Shown: in pieces, positions 62,620-64,000 of the stretch
Numbering within the stretch: position 1 is the first letter of the stretch
Layout of the letters: the number at the start of each line of letters is the position of its first letter
DNA from: Isurus oxyrinchus
Taxonomy: Eukaryota
Direction of reading: 5' to 3'
Length of the DNA stretch: 64,000 nt
Assembly: GCA_026770705.1 (NCBI GenBank)
Contig: JANJGN010000026.1
Location: 5,704,001 to 5,768,000, forward strand
Position numbers and translations under genes: made by a program
The notes under the pieces: model-generated
The model's input: only the letters and a program-made list of their open reading frames with translations
What the model was told of the DNA's origin: nothing
The model's database searches: none

Positions 62620-63960
62620 CTTGGAATGTAAGGAATAAGTTACAGTGAATGATTATTGTTCATTTCATCTATGATACCTTACAACACTGGGATGTTTTAC
62701 ATTCGATGTGAAGTATATCAGAAAAGGTGTTAATTTACTATTCATTTCATGCGAGGGATAATAAAGCGACAAAAAATTATTAGATTTTATAGTAATGGAT
62801 TATTGTTCATTTAATGTGAGGGGTGTTACAGATACATAACTAAATCATGTAATGTGAGGTGTACTCCAACAATGGAACGTTGTTAAATAAAGTGAGCTAT
62901 AATATGGAAATTGGTTATTATTCACTTAATATGATGCACCTGAAACGAATGGATTAATGCTCAAGTACTTTGAGGTATACAACAACAGGGTCAATGTTCA
63001 TTTAATTTGGAGGATATTTCAATCGTAGAATGTTGCTCGTTTAATGCAAGGGATATCAAATATATACATTACTGTACATTTCATATAACATACATTACAA
63101 AAATTCATTTTATTCAGTTATTATAAGGGATACTTGAGGAATAGATCAGTGTGCATTTAATATGTTGCATATTGAAGAAATGAAGTACTGTTCGTTACAT
63201 TTCAGGGATATTACAGTGATTGCTCCTTTGGAGTGAGTTTATTAAAGGAATAGATTACTACTCAGTTCAGGTGAGGGGTATTACAGCACTAGTTTATTGT
63301 TCGTTTCATGCATTCCAACAATGAATTAGGATTACTTTAAAGCCTTGTACATAATGGCAAGGAATTAGTGTTCGTTTAATTTGGGGAATATTACAGGTGT
63401 GGATTATTGATTAATTAATGTAAACTGCCTCGGAGCAATGGATTATTCATCATTTAAAATTAGTTTTATTGCAGCAATACATTATTGTTTTTAATGTGAG
63501 GGATATTACAACACTGGATTATTTTTCCTTTACCGTCTGATGTGTGGTAACAATTGATCAGTGTTCATGTCATGCCAAGAGTATGGCAGAAATGGATTAT
63601 TGAACATTTGTTGTGAGTTATATTAAATTTAAAGATTATTATTCAATGAATTTGTGTGACTCTGCAGTAATGACATGCATATTCATTTAATATGAGGAGT
63701 ATTGCAGCAGTGGAACATTGTTCATCTAAAGTGAGACATATCAGAACAATAGATTATTGTTCATTTCTTGTGAGTTACAGAGTTACAATGAATTACAGTT
63801 CATTTAATGTGATTAACATTACTGTAATGAATAATTGTTTATTTAATTTGTTGGCTGAATAAAATTAGAAACAAGGCAGCGCAGTTATGTTTTTAGCCTG
63901 AATTAATTCGCTGCCTCCGTGCTCCATCTGAAACTCAGAAATTATTGTTCATTTTTATTT
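62620..63960. repeat. AT-rich ~39-bp degenerate tandem array
   Basis: Consensus near GGATATTACAGCAATGGATTATTGTTCATTTAATGTGAG; may continue beyond the window. Confidence 0.85.
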
Positions 63961-64000
63961 AATTGAAGATTATTTGGAATTCAAGAAATTTAAACAGACA

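Overview
This is repeat-rich vertebrate DNA, very probably from a cartilaginous fish (shark): it carries shark-type CR1/HER1 LINEs, HE1-type SINE tails and a cluster-type Ig light-chain gene. There are three genic loci. (1) An intact two-exon class A GPCR of the GPR139/GPR142-like family (+, 33278-37522, 329 aa). (2) A divergently oriented paralogous GPCR pseudogene (-, exon 1 at 14417-14537, exon 2 at 2301-~3364), broken by a TSD-flanked insertion and a nonsense codon. (3) A germline-joined L-VJ-C immunoglobulin light-chain gene (-, 55689-60197) resembling shark type I (sigma-cart/NS5), with a 1-nt frameshift, a decamer/CCAAT/TATA promoter and clustered kB-like sites in the J-C intron. The rest is CR1-type LINEs (one near full length), a Gypsy/Gmr1-like gag remnant, Penelope-like elements with minimal hammerhead motifs, a ~10 kb TTCAGA-based satellite, several minisatellites and a tRNA-Glu pseudogene. 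The most intriguing lead is a homeodomain + O/E-like + TATA promoter module shared by both divergent GPCR paralogs, which suggests a possible chemosensory receptor family. Repeat boundaries were placed by eye and are approximate. Family assignments come from recalled motifs, not database searches.
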